NCBI GenBank assembly: GCA_045541795.1
Contig: JAZQJV010000019.1
Location: 7,270-71,269, forward strand
DNA length: 64,000 nucleotides
Direction of reading: 5' to 3'
Source: Patescibacteria group bacterium
Lineage (GTDB): Bacteria > Patescibacteriota > Microgenomatia > UBA1400 > PJMF01
Below, in pieces: positions 55,429-63,637 of this stretch; the stretch's first letter is position 1; each line of letters begins with the position of its first letter. Both the position numbers and the translations under genes were made by a program. The notes under the pieces were generated by a model. That model worked only from the letters and a program-made list of their open reading frames with translations. It ran no database searches and was not told the origin of the DNA.

Positions 55429-57276
55429 ATGAGTGAGGAAATGAAGGCTTTAATTAGTTCGTTGATTACAAAAGTGAAATCTGGTGGCGAGCTGTCGGCG
55501 CGGGAATTTTTGCGTCTCCAGCGGCAATACCGTAAAAATAATACCGATGTACAGCCATTTTTTACGAAAACAGAAATTTTGGCATCGCTAAAAAATCATC
55601 CTGAATACGTGACATTGACTAAAAATGAGCAGGAAACAATTAACCGCTGGTGCCAGCTCAAGCCGATCCGGACGGCTTCGGGGGTGGCGACGGTGACCCT
55701 TTTGACCAAACCATGGCCGTGCCCGGGTGAGTGTGTGTTTTGTCCTGGTGACCTTCGTGAGCCCAAGAGTTATCTTTCGGCTGAGCCTGGTGCGGCGCGG
55801 GCGGAGGCTAATTTCTTTGATCCGTATTTACAAATGACGAGCCGTTTGGAGGCGCTACAGGCAATGGGACATCCGCTGCAAAAAGTGGAAGTGATTATTT
55901 TGGGCGGGACGTGGGACGCGTACCGGCTCGAGTATCAAATTTGGTTTGTGGCGGAAGTATTTCGGGCGCTGAATGATTTTGGCCGGAGTGACTTTGGCGA
56001 GCGTGCACTGGCACGGCGTGAATTTTACCAAAATCTGGACGCCCCCGATCGCGGCGTAGAACTGGTTTTGTGTGATAATCCCGAGGAAAACGCCAAACGG
56101 GTGGCGGCAGCACAGCGTTTGATTGATACTGGTGAAAGTAGTTATAATCAGCTCGTGAGTAAGTATTTTGTCGGTAGTCGTCATGAACGAGCGCTCCAAC
56201 AGCTGCAAACCGCCACTTGGGAGGAGCTGGCAGCGTTACAAAAAGAAAACGCGGGTGCGCGCAGTCGGTGTGTGGGACTGGTGATCGAGACGCGGCCGGA
56301 TTTGATCACGCCTAGTGGGGCGTGCAAATACCGGCTTTTGGGCTGCACTAAAATCCAGCTGGGCATCCAGTCAGTGGACGAAAAGATTTTGGCCGCCAAT
56401 GGGCGCGCGGTGAGTCGGGCACAAATCACTAAGGCGTTAGCAGTGTTGCGGCTTTTTGGTTTTAAGTTGCATACTCATTTTATGTGTAATTTGATTGGCT
56501 CGTACGTGGAGCGTGACATAGCGGATTTCCGCGAATTTGTGACGAGTGAACAATTTTTACCGGATGAAATTAAACTTTATCCGTGTGCCCTGATCGCCAA
56601 TGCGCCGTTAAAATTTGTCTTTGAGCAAGGCGGCTGGCGGCCGTATAACGGTGAGGAATTGCTACAAGTGCTGGTGGCAGACATGAAAGCGGTGCCGCGT
56701 TACGTGAGAATTTCGCGTATGATCCGTGATTTTTCTGCGGATGACATCATGGTGGGCAATAAAAAGACCAACTTCCGTCAACTGGTGGATCAGGAATTAG
56801 CGCGGCAAAATGTCCGCAGTCTGGATATTCGCTCACGTGAAATTCGTGGTGACAGTATCCACGATGGTGATTTACGTTTGCATGAATTGGCTTATGTGAC
56901 TAGTGTCTCGCGAGAATATTTTTTGGAGTGGGTCACTCCTGATGATAAAATCGTGGGCTTTTTACGGTTGAGTATTCCGGATCCGGCTAAGGCGCGAGTC
57001 TTTTTGCCTCAAAGTGATGACACTTGGAATTTGATCAATGAACACAGCGCGATGATCCGGGAAGTGCACGTTTACGGTTTGACGTCGCGCTTGGGAGAGC
57101 ACACGCACACTCAGCACTTAGGTTTGGGCAAAAAAATGATCGCCCGTGCGGAAGCGATCGCGCGCGAAAATGGAAGAGGCGTCTTGCGTGTAATCAGTAG
57201 TGTGGGCACACGTGAGTATTACGGGAGGCTGGGATTTGTACAGGAGGGAGTGTATCAAGTGAAAAATATTAATTAA
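55429..57276 (+). CDS. elp3: Elp3-like radical SAM + GNAT protein (tRNA U34 carboxymethylation/acetyltransferase homolog)
   Basis: Radical-SAM Cys cluster CPGECVFCPG. The C-terminal GNAT (QHLGLGKKMIARAEAIARENGRGVLRVISSVGTREYYGRLGF) closely matches Elp3 C-termini. Confidence 0.8.
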   Translation: MSEEMKALISSLITKVKSGGELSAREFLRLQRQYRKNNTDVQPFFTKTEILASLKNHPEYVTLTKNEQETINRWCQLKPIRTASGVATVTLLTKPWPCPGECVFCPGDLREPKSYLSAEPGAARAEANFFDPYLQMTSRLEALQAMGHPLQKVEVIILGGTWDAYRLEYQIWFVAEVFRALNDFGRSDFGERALARREFYQNLDAPDRGVELVLCDNPEENAKRVAAAQRLIDTGESSYNQLVSKYFVGSRHERALQQLQTATWEELAALQKENAGARSRCVGLVIETRPDLITPSGACKYRLLGCTKIQLGIQSVDEKILAANGRAVSRAQITKALAVLRLFGFKLHTHFMCNLIGSYVERDIADFREFVTSEQFLPDEIKLYPCALIANAPLKFVFEQGGWRPYNGEELLQVLVADMKAVPRYVRISRMIRDFSADDIMVGNKKTNFRQLVDQELARQNVRSLDIRSREIRGDSIHDGDLRLHELAYVTSVSREYFLEWVTPDDKIVGFLRLSIPDPAKARVFLPQSDDTWNLINEHSAMIREVHVYGLTSRLGEHTHTQHLGLGKKMIARAEAIARENGRGVLRVISSVGTREYYGRLGFVQEGVYQVKNIN

Positions 57277-57290
57277 AGTGCTGCGATTTT

Positions 57291-57322
57291 GTTAAACAAA
57301 TGTTTAACAAATGTTTAACATG
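57291..57322. promoter_or_regulatory. Three GTTAAAC/GTTTAAC heptamers at 11-bp phasing upstream of ung (related to the uvrB-upstream palindrome)
   Basis: GTTAAAC-aaat-GTTTAAC-aaat-GTTTAAC, directly after the elp3 stop. Confidence 0.5.
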
Positions 57323-57407
57323 TACATCTGGAAAAAGTGAACAAACAAAGTACAAACAAAAACAAAATGAATACAAATGTTTACAAATTATGATAAAATA
57401 ATTACCT

Positions 57408-58055
57408 ATGCATGAATCATGGAAACCGTTTTTAAATCAGGAATTTTCTCAGCCTTATTTTAAGGAACTGAGTGATTTTTTGCATCGTGAGTATGAGCAG
57501 AAAACGATTTTTCCGCCCAAAAAGCAAGTGTTTAGCGCTTTTAGTTTTGACTTAAACAGTGTGAAAGTAGTAATTATTGGCCAGGACCCTTATCATGAAC
57601 CGGGCCAAGCACACGGTTTGGCTTTTTCGGTGTGTCCTGGCGTGCGCGTGCCGCCGAGCTTGCTGAATATTTACAAAGAAATTAACGCTGACGTCGGGAT
57701 TTGTTTGGAACATGATGGCAATTTACTGGCGTGGGCGCGGCAAGGTGTCTTGCTTTTAAATAACACGCTGACGGTGGAAGCGCACAAGGCCGGCAGTCAC
57801 CGCGGCCACAACTGGGAGATTTTTACAGCGCATGTGATCAGTTTTTTATCGCGCGAGCGAGAACATTTGGTTTTTTTGTTGTGGGGACGGGATGCTAGAG
57901 CGAAGAAAGAACTGATTGACACGAGAAAACACTTGGTGCTGGAAGCCGCTCATCCTTCTCCTCTTTCGGCGTATCACGGATTTTTTGGCTGTAAACATTT
58001 CAGTCAGTGTAACGATCAGCTGGCTCGCTGGGGGATGACGCCTATTGAGTGGTGA
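57408..58055 (+). CDS. ung: Uracil-DNA glycosylase (family 1)
   Basis: GQDPYHEPGQAHGLAFSV and HPSPLSA motifs. Confidence 0.9.
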   Translation: MHESWKPFLNQEFSQPYFKELSDFLHREYEQKTIFPPKKQVFSAFSFDLNSVKVVIIGQDPYHEPGQAHGLAFSVCPGVRVPPSLLNIYKEINADVGICLEHDGNLLAWARQGVLLLNNTLTVEAHKAGSHRGHNWEIFTAHVISFLSREREHLVFLLWGRDARAKKELIDTRKHLVLEAAHPSPLSAYHGFFGCKHFSQCNDQLARWGMTPIEW

Positions 58056-58755
58056 TGGCAATGCGCTGCCGGACCAAAGCTTCGAGCTTGGCGACAGTAT
58101 CGGCGATCGTCATGCCGGAAGTATCAAAAACTACGGCATCAGGAGCAACTGTGAGTGGATCGGTGGCCCGGTGTGAATCTTGATAATCGCGGTCTTGGAT
58201 TTGGGTAGTCACTTTTTCCAGGGTGATGTCGGGCACGTGTTTTTGGAGCTGCTCGAGGCGGCGGGCGGCACGCACTTCGATGGAGGCAGTGAGGAAAACT
58301 TTGAGCGTGGCATCTGGCAGGACTCTGGTGCCGATGTCGCGGCCTTCCATGACGACGGAGTGGGTTTGGCCGAGGTGACGTTGTTTTTCTACTAAGATCC
58401 GGCGAATTTCTGGTAGTGATGCGGTCGCTGAGACATTTAGATCAATATCTTGCTGTCTGATACGAGCAGAGACGTCACGGCCGTCGAGTAAAACCCGGGT
58501 GTAAAAATTACCTAAATCATCAGTGACATTGTGTAAATCAAAATCCGCCTTTTGGAGGGCGGAGACAAGGGCAGGCTGGTTTTCTGGAGTGAGGCTCAAG
58601 TGTTTTTCTAAAAACAGTAGACATGCTGCGCGGTACATTGCCCCGGTATCGACGTATAAATAGCCGAGATTGAGGGCTAATTGTTTGGCGGCTGTCCCCT
58701 TGCCGGCTGCGACTGGGCCATCAATTGCAATTTGGTAAAATTTGTTTTCTTTCAT
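58042..58755 (-). CDS. cmk: Cytidylate kinase
   Basis: IAIDGPVAAGKGT P-loop and the Cmk NMP-binding region. SD AAGGAG after TGGTATAAT. Confidence 0.85.
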   Translation of the reverse strand: MKENKFYQIAIDGPVAAGKGTAAKQLALNLGYLYVDTGAMYRAACLLFLEKHLSLTPENQPALVSALQKADFDLHNVTDDLGNFYTRVLLDGRDVSARIRQQDIDLNVSATASLPEIRRILVEKQRHLGQTHSVVMEGRDIGTRVLPDATLKVFLTASIEVRAARRLEQLQKHVPDITLEKVTTQIQDRDYQDSHRATDPLTVAPDAVVFDTSGMTIADTVAKLEALVRQRIAITTQ

Positions 58756-58797
58756 TTTGCTCCTTATTATACCAAAAAAAATGATATAATCAAGGGG

Positions 58798-59235
58798 ATG
58801 TTGTTAATTAAGAATAAACGAGCGAGCTTTGACTATGAAATCGGCCAAAAATTGACGGCCGGGATAGTTTTGACGGGAGCAGAGGTCAAAAGTTTGCGGC
58901 TAAAAATGGGATCTTTGACTGGCGCTTATGTCCAGGTGGTGGATGGTGAGGCAGTACTGCTAAATGCACTGATAAATCCTTACAAATTTGCAGACAACAC
59001 TGATTATGATCCCAAAAGGACACGTCAACTTTTACTGCATAAAAAGGAAATTTATCACTTGGCGGGCGAGGTGGCTTCTAAGCATTTCACGTTGGTACCG
59101 CTGGCAATTATTGCTGAAGGATCAAAGATAAAACTGGAAATTGGTGTGGGACGCGGTCGCCGGCAATACGAAAAACGTGAAAAAATCAGGCAGCGAGATT
59201 TACAAAGAGAACAAACTGCTCTTAATTTTCGTTAA
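58798..59235 (+). CDS. smpB: SsrA-binding protein SmpB
   Basis: KNKRASFDYEI...GIVLTGAEVKSLR. ATG 7 nt after TGATATAAT. Confidence 0.85.
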   Translation: MLLIKNKRASFDYEIGQKLTAGIVLTGAEVKSLRLKMGSLTGAYVQVVDGEAVLLNALINPYKFADNTDYDPKRTRQLLLHKKEIYHLAGEVASKHFTLVPLAIIAEGSKIKLEIGVGRGRRQYEKREKIRQRDLQREQTALNFR

Positions 59236-59272
59236 TTTTATGGTAAAATACGGGAAATGGGCAAATATGCCC

Positions 59273-59300
59273 TTGACATGAGCCAAAAGTATAGTATACT
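59273..59300 (+). promoter_or_regulatory. Sigma-70-like promoter TTGACA-16-TATACT with ~80-nt leader and SD AAAGGAAG, for hup
   Basis: Direct sequence match. The leader contains a small hairpin (GCGGGCAAAAAACCCG). Confidence 0.6.
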
Positions 59301-59381
59301 AGGCTTATGCGGGCAAAAAACCCGAAGTATGGGTAAATATGAAAATGTTAACGGTGTGGACCGGTAAGCAGAAAGGAAGCT

Positions 59382-59657
59382 ATGACTAAAAGCCAACTGA
59401 TTGCGGTAGTGGCCAAAAAGGCAAAAATGTCCAAACGGGCAGCGGAGGAAGTGGTAGAATTGACTTTGGGGGAAATGTCTACAGCTTTGGGCAAGGGTGA
59501 AAAAGTGGTGCTGTCAAATTTTGGGACTTTTTACGTCAGCAAAGTCAAAGACAAGCAAGTCGTCCCCTTTGGTAATGAAGACAAACGCCAGGTGATCAAG
59601 GCTCACAAAGTAGTAAATTTCCGCCCGGGCAAGACGCTCAAGAAAACCGTGTGGTAG
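59382..59657 (+). CDS. hup: DNA-binding protein HU
   Basis: MTKSQLIA..., the FG.F beta-arm motif, and R..G.P (RPGKT). Confidence 0.85.
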   Translation: MTKSQLIAVVAKKAKMSKRAAEEVVELTLGEMSTALGKGEKVVLSNFGTFYVSKVKDKQVVPFGNEDKRQVIKAHKVVNFRPGKTLKKTVW

Positions 59658-59720
59658 ACCTTGACAAATCTGACAGCTTGTGGTATAATGATGATCTTGT
59701 TTGTTGCAGGAAGGTAAATT

Positions 59721-59924
59721 ATGGCAAGTAAGAAAAAAGGTCCACGTCAATTAGTTGGTTTGCAATGTAGTGAGTGTAAGTCTTTTGGCTATGTGACGAC
59801 TTATAATCGCAATAATGACATTGCCAAGCGTCAGGCTGGTGAGAAAGAATCATTTCCGCTAAATAAATATTGCAAGAAATGCCGCCATCACACGCTGCAT
59901 AAGGCGATGAAGAAATTAAAATAA
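59721..59924 (+). CDS. rpmG: 50S ribosomal protein L33 (zinc-ribbon type)
   Basis: CSEC...C..C.HHTLHK C4 pattern at ribosomal L33 size. Preceded by TGGTATAAT and SD AGGAAGG. Confidence 0.6.
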   Translation: MASKKKGPRQLVGLQCSECKSFGYVTTYNRNNDIAKRQAGEKESFPLNKYCKKCRHHTLHKAMKKLK

Positions 59925-59949
59925 TTTAGATTGACAAGACTCATTCTTG

Positions 59950-59977
59950 ACCCCGCCTTCCGGCGGGGTTTATTTGG
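59950..59977 (+). terminator. Intrinsic terminator after rpmG
   Basis: CCCCGCC-TTCC-GGCGGGG then TTTATTTGG. Confidence 0.7.
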
Positions 59978-60009
59978 CATTCGTAGTGTGATGTGCTATA
60001 ATTTGCTTT

Positions 60010-61068
60010 ATGATCATGAATAAGCCCGAACCAAAGACAAACAGTAATGTGACTGAAAGCGGAAACGTCTTGCATCCGCAGTCAAACACGAGTACGCAGC
60101 CAGGATACAATATCCCGGCCGGCGGCATTCCTGGTGTGCCGATCGTACCGACTGGCAATACCAATACCTATGATAATCGGTACGCTTCGCCAGCGTATCC
60201 GCAGGCGCCGGTGATTGCCAGGCGTCGTGATGATGAGCCAAAAGGGCCAAATACCGGTATTATTTTTTTGATCATGCTGATCATGTTTGCTGCGGGCATT
60301 GCGACAGACAGAGCCTGGCAAATTTTTTATGAAGATCAAGTGGGCGGTGTTAATGTGACGGATTGGGCGGTGGTGAGTCCCAGCCATAAGGCTGCTAGTA
60401 CTGGTGCCAGTGTGGCTGCTGATAATGACGGCGCGAAACGGGACGAAAATTGTCAGGCTAGTCTGGCTGGTAGCGCTCATGATGCATTGAAGGCTTGGGA
60501 ACAGAGTTTGTCTAGTTTTGTGCCTGTGGAAATGAGTAGTGATGAGCGCTTATTGTATGAACGGCTGTGGCAAGCTCAGGCCGAAGGAAGCAGCTTGTAT
60601 CCGGCGCTTTTCCCGTGCGCGAGTGGTGGCGAGTGTGAGGTGGGCTTCCAAACCCAAAAAGATCTGGCGGTGGCGACGGCTTGGATGATGCTCAACGATG
60701 CTCAAGCTGAGACGTGGGCGGAGCTGCCAGGCGCGCGTTTGCACGAGAGGCTGCAAGCAGTCTTTGGCCTGGAAAATGTAGATCTGACGGCCTACGAAGA
60801 GCTGGTGTATGATGCGGGTACGGATACATTTTTGACGCTGGGCCCGGTGCAAGCGGCGCTGTCGGCCCGGAATTGGGGCACGAGTGAAATGCTAGAAAGC
60901 AGTGACGGCGGCCGGCGCGTGTGGCGGCGGCAGGCGACGCCTGGCGCTGACTGTATGGCAGCGAGCAGCAATTGTGCCTGCGTTAATACCCGGGAGTACT
61001 TAGAACTGATCAAAAGCCCTCGCGGCAGCTGGCAGGTTGTGAGTCAAAAGGTGATTATCCAGGAGTAA
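60010..61068 (+). CDS. Hypothetical membrane-anchored extracytoplasmic protein
   Basis: Pro/Asn-rich N-terminus, a single TM (GIIFLIMLIMFAAGIA), and a Cys-containing soluble domain. TGCTATAAT upstream. Confidence 0.45.
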   Translation: MIMNKPEPKTNSNVTESGNVLHPQSNTSTQPGYNIPAGGIPGVPIVPTGNTNTYDNRYASPAYPQAPVIARRRDDEPKGPNTGIIFLIMLIMFAAGIATDRAWQIFYEDQVGGVNVTDWAVVSPSHKAASTGASVAADNDGAKRDENCQASLAGSAHDALKAWEQSLSSFVPVEMSSDERLLYERLWQAQAEGSSLYPALFPCASGGECEVGFQTQKDLAVATAWMMLNDAQAETWAELPGARLHERLQAVFGLENVDLTAYEELVYDAGTDTFLTLGPVQAALSARNWGTSEMLESSDGGRRVWRRQATPGADCMAASSNCACVNTREYLELIKSPRGSWQVVSQKVIIQE

Positions 61069-61109
61069 TTTTAACGTATTTTTAACATTGGTCTGGTAAA
61101 CTGCGCGTC

Positions 61110-62204
61110 ATGAAGAAAATCTGGCAGAAATATGATATCTGGATAATTTTGGCGGTGATGTTTTTGGTGAGTGCAGCTGAAGGCTGGTGGCTGCGCCGGG
61201 TAGATGACAGTTTGCCCGCTGGCGGTAAAGCCCCAGAAATTGAACTACTGCCTGCCGACTCTTTGGCGGACGTGCCGGAAAAATTACGCCCCTTGACTAT
61301 TCCTTATCTGCGGGATCGTGATTATATTAGTACTTTACAAATTGGTGACGTGCTGGAGCGCACGGCTAATTATACTGCTTATTTAGCCTGGTATGATTCT
61401 GACGGCGCCCGGGTATATGGGCTTTTGAGCGTGCCGCGCGGGGAAGCTCCTGCGGGTGGCTGGCCGGCGGTAATCCTGCTTCATGGCTATGTGCACCCTA
61501 GCAGTTACCAGACCAACGGCGCTAGTTATCGCGGCTGGTGGCAGACGCTGGCGGCGACTGGTGAATGGGTGATTTTTAAGCCTGATTTTCGCGGCCACGG
61601 CCAGTCTGAAGGGCAGGCCACGGGTCCTTATTTTGGGGCGGACTACGTGGTGGATACACTCAATGCGCGGGCAGCTTTGGTTAATTGGGAGCAAGTTAAT
61701 GGCCAGCGCATAGCCTTGTGGGGTCACTCGATGTCTGGTAATACCGCTTTGCGCGCCCTGGCTGCCAGACCAGAAATACCAGCGGTGGCCCTCTGGGCGG
61801 GGGCGATTTATACTTATGATGATTTTGTCCGCTATGGGATTACTGATCCGAGTTATAGACCTGATCGTGACCGAGAACCCCAGCGCCAGACGGAATTGGC
61901 CTCTGAGGCGGCTCAGCTTTTTGACCACGATGATAGCCTCAATCTGGAAACGCCATTTTGGCGGGCGATGCGGCCGACTAATTTCTTAAATGATGGAGAA
62001 AAAACTGGAGCAATCGGTCTTTTCCACGCGGAAGATGATGCGGTCGTCAATGTGGGCTACAGTCAGGATTTTAATGATTGGCTTGATGAAACCGATTTGC
62101 GCCATGAGCTGCATTTATACAGTACTGGTGGGCATAATTTGTCGGGAGTGACTTTTAGTGCGGCGATGGCGGATTTGCGGGAATTCTTGAGGAAAAACCT
62201 ATAA
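61110..62204 (+). CDS. Alpha/beta-hydrolase (S9/dienelactone-hydrolase-like), N-terminally anchored
   Basis: Nucleophile elbow GHSMSG, followed by downstream Asp and His (HAEDD...GGHN). Confidence 0.6.
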   Translation: MKKIWQKYDIWIILAVMFLVSAAEGWWLRRVDDSLPAGGKAPEIELLPADSLADVPEKLRPLTIPYLRDRDYISTLQIGDVLERTANYTAYLAWYDSDGARVYGLLSVPRGEAPAGGWPAVILLHGYVHPSSYQTNGASYRGWWQTLAATGEWVIFKPDFRGHGQSEGQATGPYFGADYVVDTLNARAALVNWEQVNGQRIALWGHSMSGNTALRALAARPEIPAVALWAGAIYTYDDFVRYGITDPSYRPDRDREPQRQTELASEAAQLFDHDDSLNLETPFWRAMRPTNFLNDGEKTGAIGLFHAEDDAVVNVGYSQDFNDWLDETDLRHELHLYSTGGHNLSGVTFSAAMADLREFLRKNL

Positions 62205-62215
62205 TATTTTGCCTC

Positions 62216-62244
62216 TTGACAAAATCGACATGTTGTGATATAAT
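62216..62244 (+). promoter_or_regulatory. Consensus promoter TTGACA-17-TATAAT, followed by a ~95-nt structured leader
   Basis: cTTGACAaaatcgacatgttgtgaTATAAT. The leader holds the hairpin GGAGGA-N32-TCCTCC and the SD GGGAGG. Confidence 0.65.
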
Positions 62245-62341
62245 AAGAGCAATTGGAGGATGCTCTTTGACAGTAAAACGCTGAAAATGGTGTCCTCCGA
62301 CACAGCCTAATTCCTAATTTCTAATTCGGGAGGTTTTAAAA

Positions 62342-62854
62342 ATGAAAGGAAAGGTTTTAGTACTTGTTTGTGCGTTGTTGGCGGTTGTTGTATCATCAGG
62401 TGCGTCGTTTGCGGCTGACGGAGAAGGTGATTATGTAATTCAGGGCGGTAAGTACATTGCCTTGCATGCTCATCATATTCTTGTGCAGCTTGATGACGAA
62501 ATCACGTGTGGGATCAAGATTGTGAAGGACTCTTGGTTTTATACTGCCGATATGGACCAGCTCGCTCGTGATTACAACCCATGCAGCAAGGCTCAATATG
62601 AGGCAGCAACGGAGAAGAGAACGGCAATGGGTGACAATTCCGCAGTGCTCAAGGTCAAACGCCTGGTGCAAGAAATTGCTCAAATCAAGAGCGACTATCA
62701 GGCCGGCCGTGAGGCCAAGAACAAAAATCCAGACTTGCTGGAACATATCCGGCGGTCACTGGATTATACGGCGAAAAGGGAGTCTGACCACTTAATCCGC
62801 GATTTGGCTCGCGATTTCGTCGATGATATCATCTGGAAAAATAGAAGATGGTAA
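62342..62854 (+). CDS. Secreted hypothetical protein (Sec signal peptide)
   Basis: MKGKVLVLVCALLAVVVSSGASFAADGE..., a cleavable signal peptide. Confidence 0.5.
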   Translation: MKGKVLVLVCALLAVVVSSGASFAADGEGDYVIQGGKYIALHAHHILVQLDDEITCGIKIVKDSWFYTADMDQLARDYNPCSKAQYEAATEKRTAMGDNSAVLKVKRLVQEIAQIKSDYQAGREAKNKNPDLLEHIRRSLDYTAKRESDHLIRDLARDFVDDIIWKNRRW

Positions 62855-62942
62855 CATCGGCGGCGGCGACTTGAGGAGGTGATCGTCATGATCTAGCCTT
62901 TTTCATTTTTCTGCGTTTTTTTGTTAGGGCAAATGGTTTTTT

Positions 62943-62971
62943 GGCGCGGCTTCGGCTGCGCCTTTTTAATG
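62943..62971 (+). terminator. Intrinsic terminator after the 62342 gene
   Basis: GGCGCGGC-TTCG-GCTGCGCC then TTTTT. Confidence 0.6.
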
Positions 62972-63081
62972 GCCGTGATAAATGTATTTTTGGCAAATGT
63001 ATGTCTGGTAAATGAGTGCCTGGACGCATAATGTTGGAGTGTGCCTGTTGGCTTAATTTGAACCCTATAAAAAACTGCTAC

Positions 63082-63110
63082 TTGACAAAATTGACTATTT
63101 GTGATATAAT
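63082..63110 (+). promoter_or_regulatory. Consensus promoter TTGACA-17-TATAAT, near-identical to the promoter at 62216
   Basis: cTTGACAaaattgactatttgtgaTATAAT, followed by SD AAAGGAGG and an ATG at 63168. Confidence 0.65.
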
Positions 63111-63167
63111 GAGAACAGATCTTTGAAATTTTTAGGCAACAATTCATGCAAAAAGGAGGAATTAGCA

Positions 63168-63637
63168 TGATTACGATTAGTTGGAGTTGGAAGAGGAAAG
63201 AGGCTGACCCCGCTTGGGGTTATGCCGGTACCGTGAACTGGCGCTGGCACCGCTTGCGCCGGTGGCTGTGGAGAAGGCGTGTCTGGATCTTTGCCAGCAT
63301 TTTGGCCATCTTGATGGTACTGGCTGGCATCTTGACCCGGCCGGCTGGCGCGAGTCAGCAGGAGCTTATCAACCAGGTGGTGGCTTTCGAGCACCGTCAG
63401 GAGGGCTGGAGAGGTGGTGACATCACTCCACCTCCGCCCCATTATCCTCGTCGCTGGCGTCCCCGTCCCCCCAAGTATTGGGGCGATGGTTGGCGCCGCC
63501 CAGCGCCTCCGCCCCCCCCTCCCCCCCCCAGCCCCCGGCCGCGGCCCCCGGCTCTTCGTCTTCCCATCCGGCGCCGCCGTTGTTCGTGTCGTATACGACG
63601 TCTGCCGTCCGGGGCGTCCACCGGGCCTTCAGCGTAA
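63168..63637 (+). CDS. Hypothetical TM protein whose 3' half runs into a high-GC segment (3' extent doubtful)
   Basis: Native-looking promoter and SD, and a TM helix (VWIFASILAILMVLAGIL). Past about 63440 the reading frame stays open only because of GC richness (Pro/Arg runs). Confidence 0.35.

Noticed and set aside
63168-63637. Treating the whole 163-aa plus-strand ORF as a genuine proline-rich protein
   Set aside because: The second half lies in the high-GC segment where any frame stays open. The minus-strand ORF there has a more protein-like composition. Only the 5' part, with its promoter, SD and TM helix, looks native.
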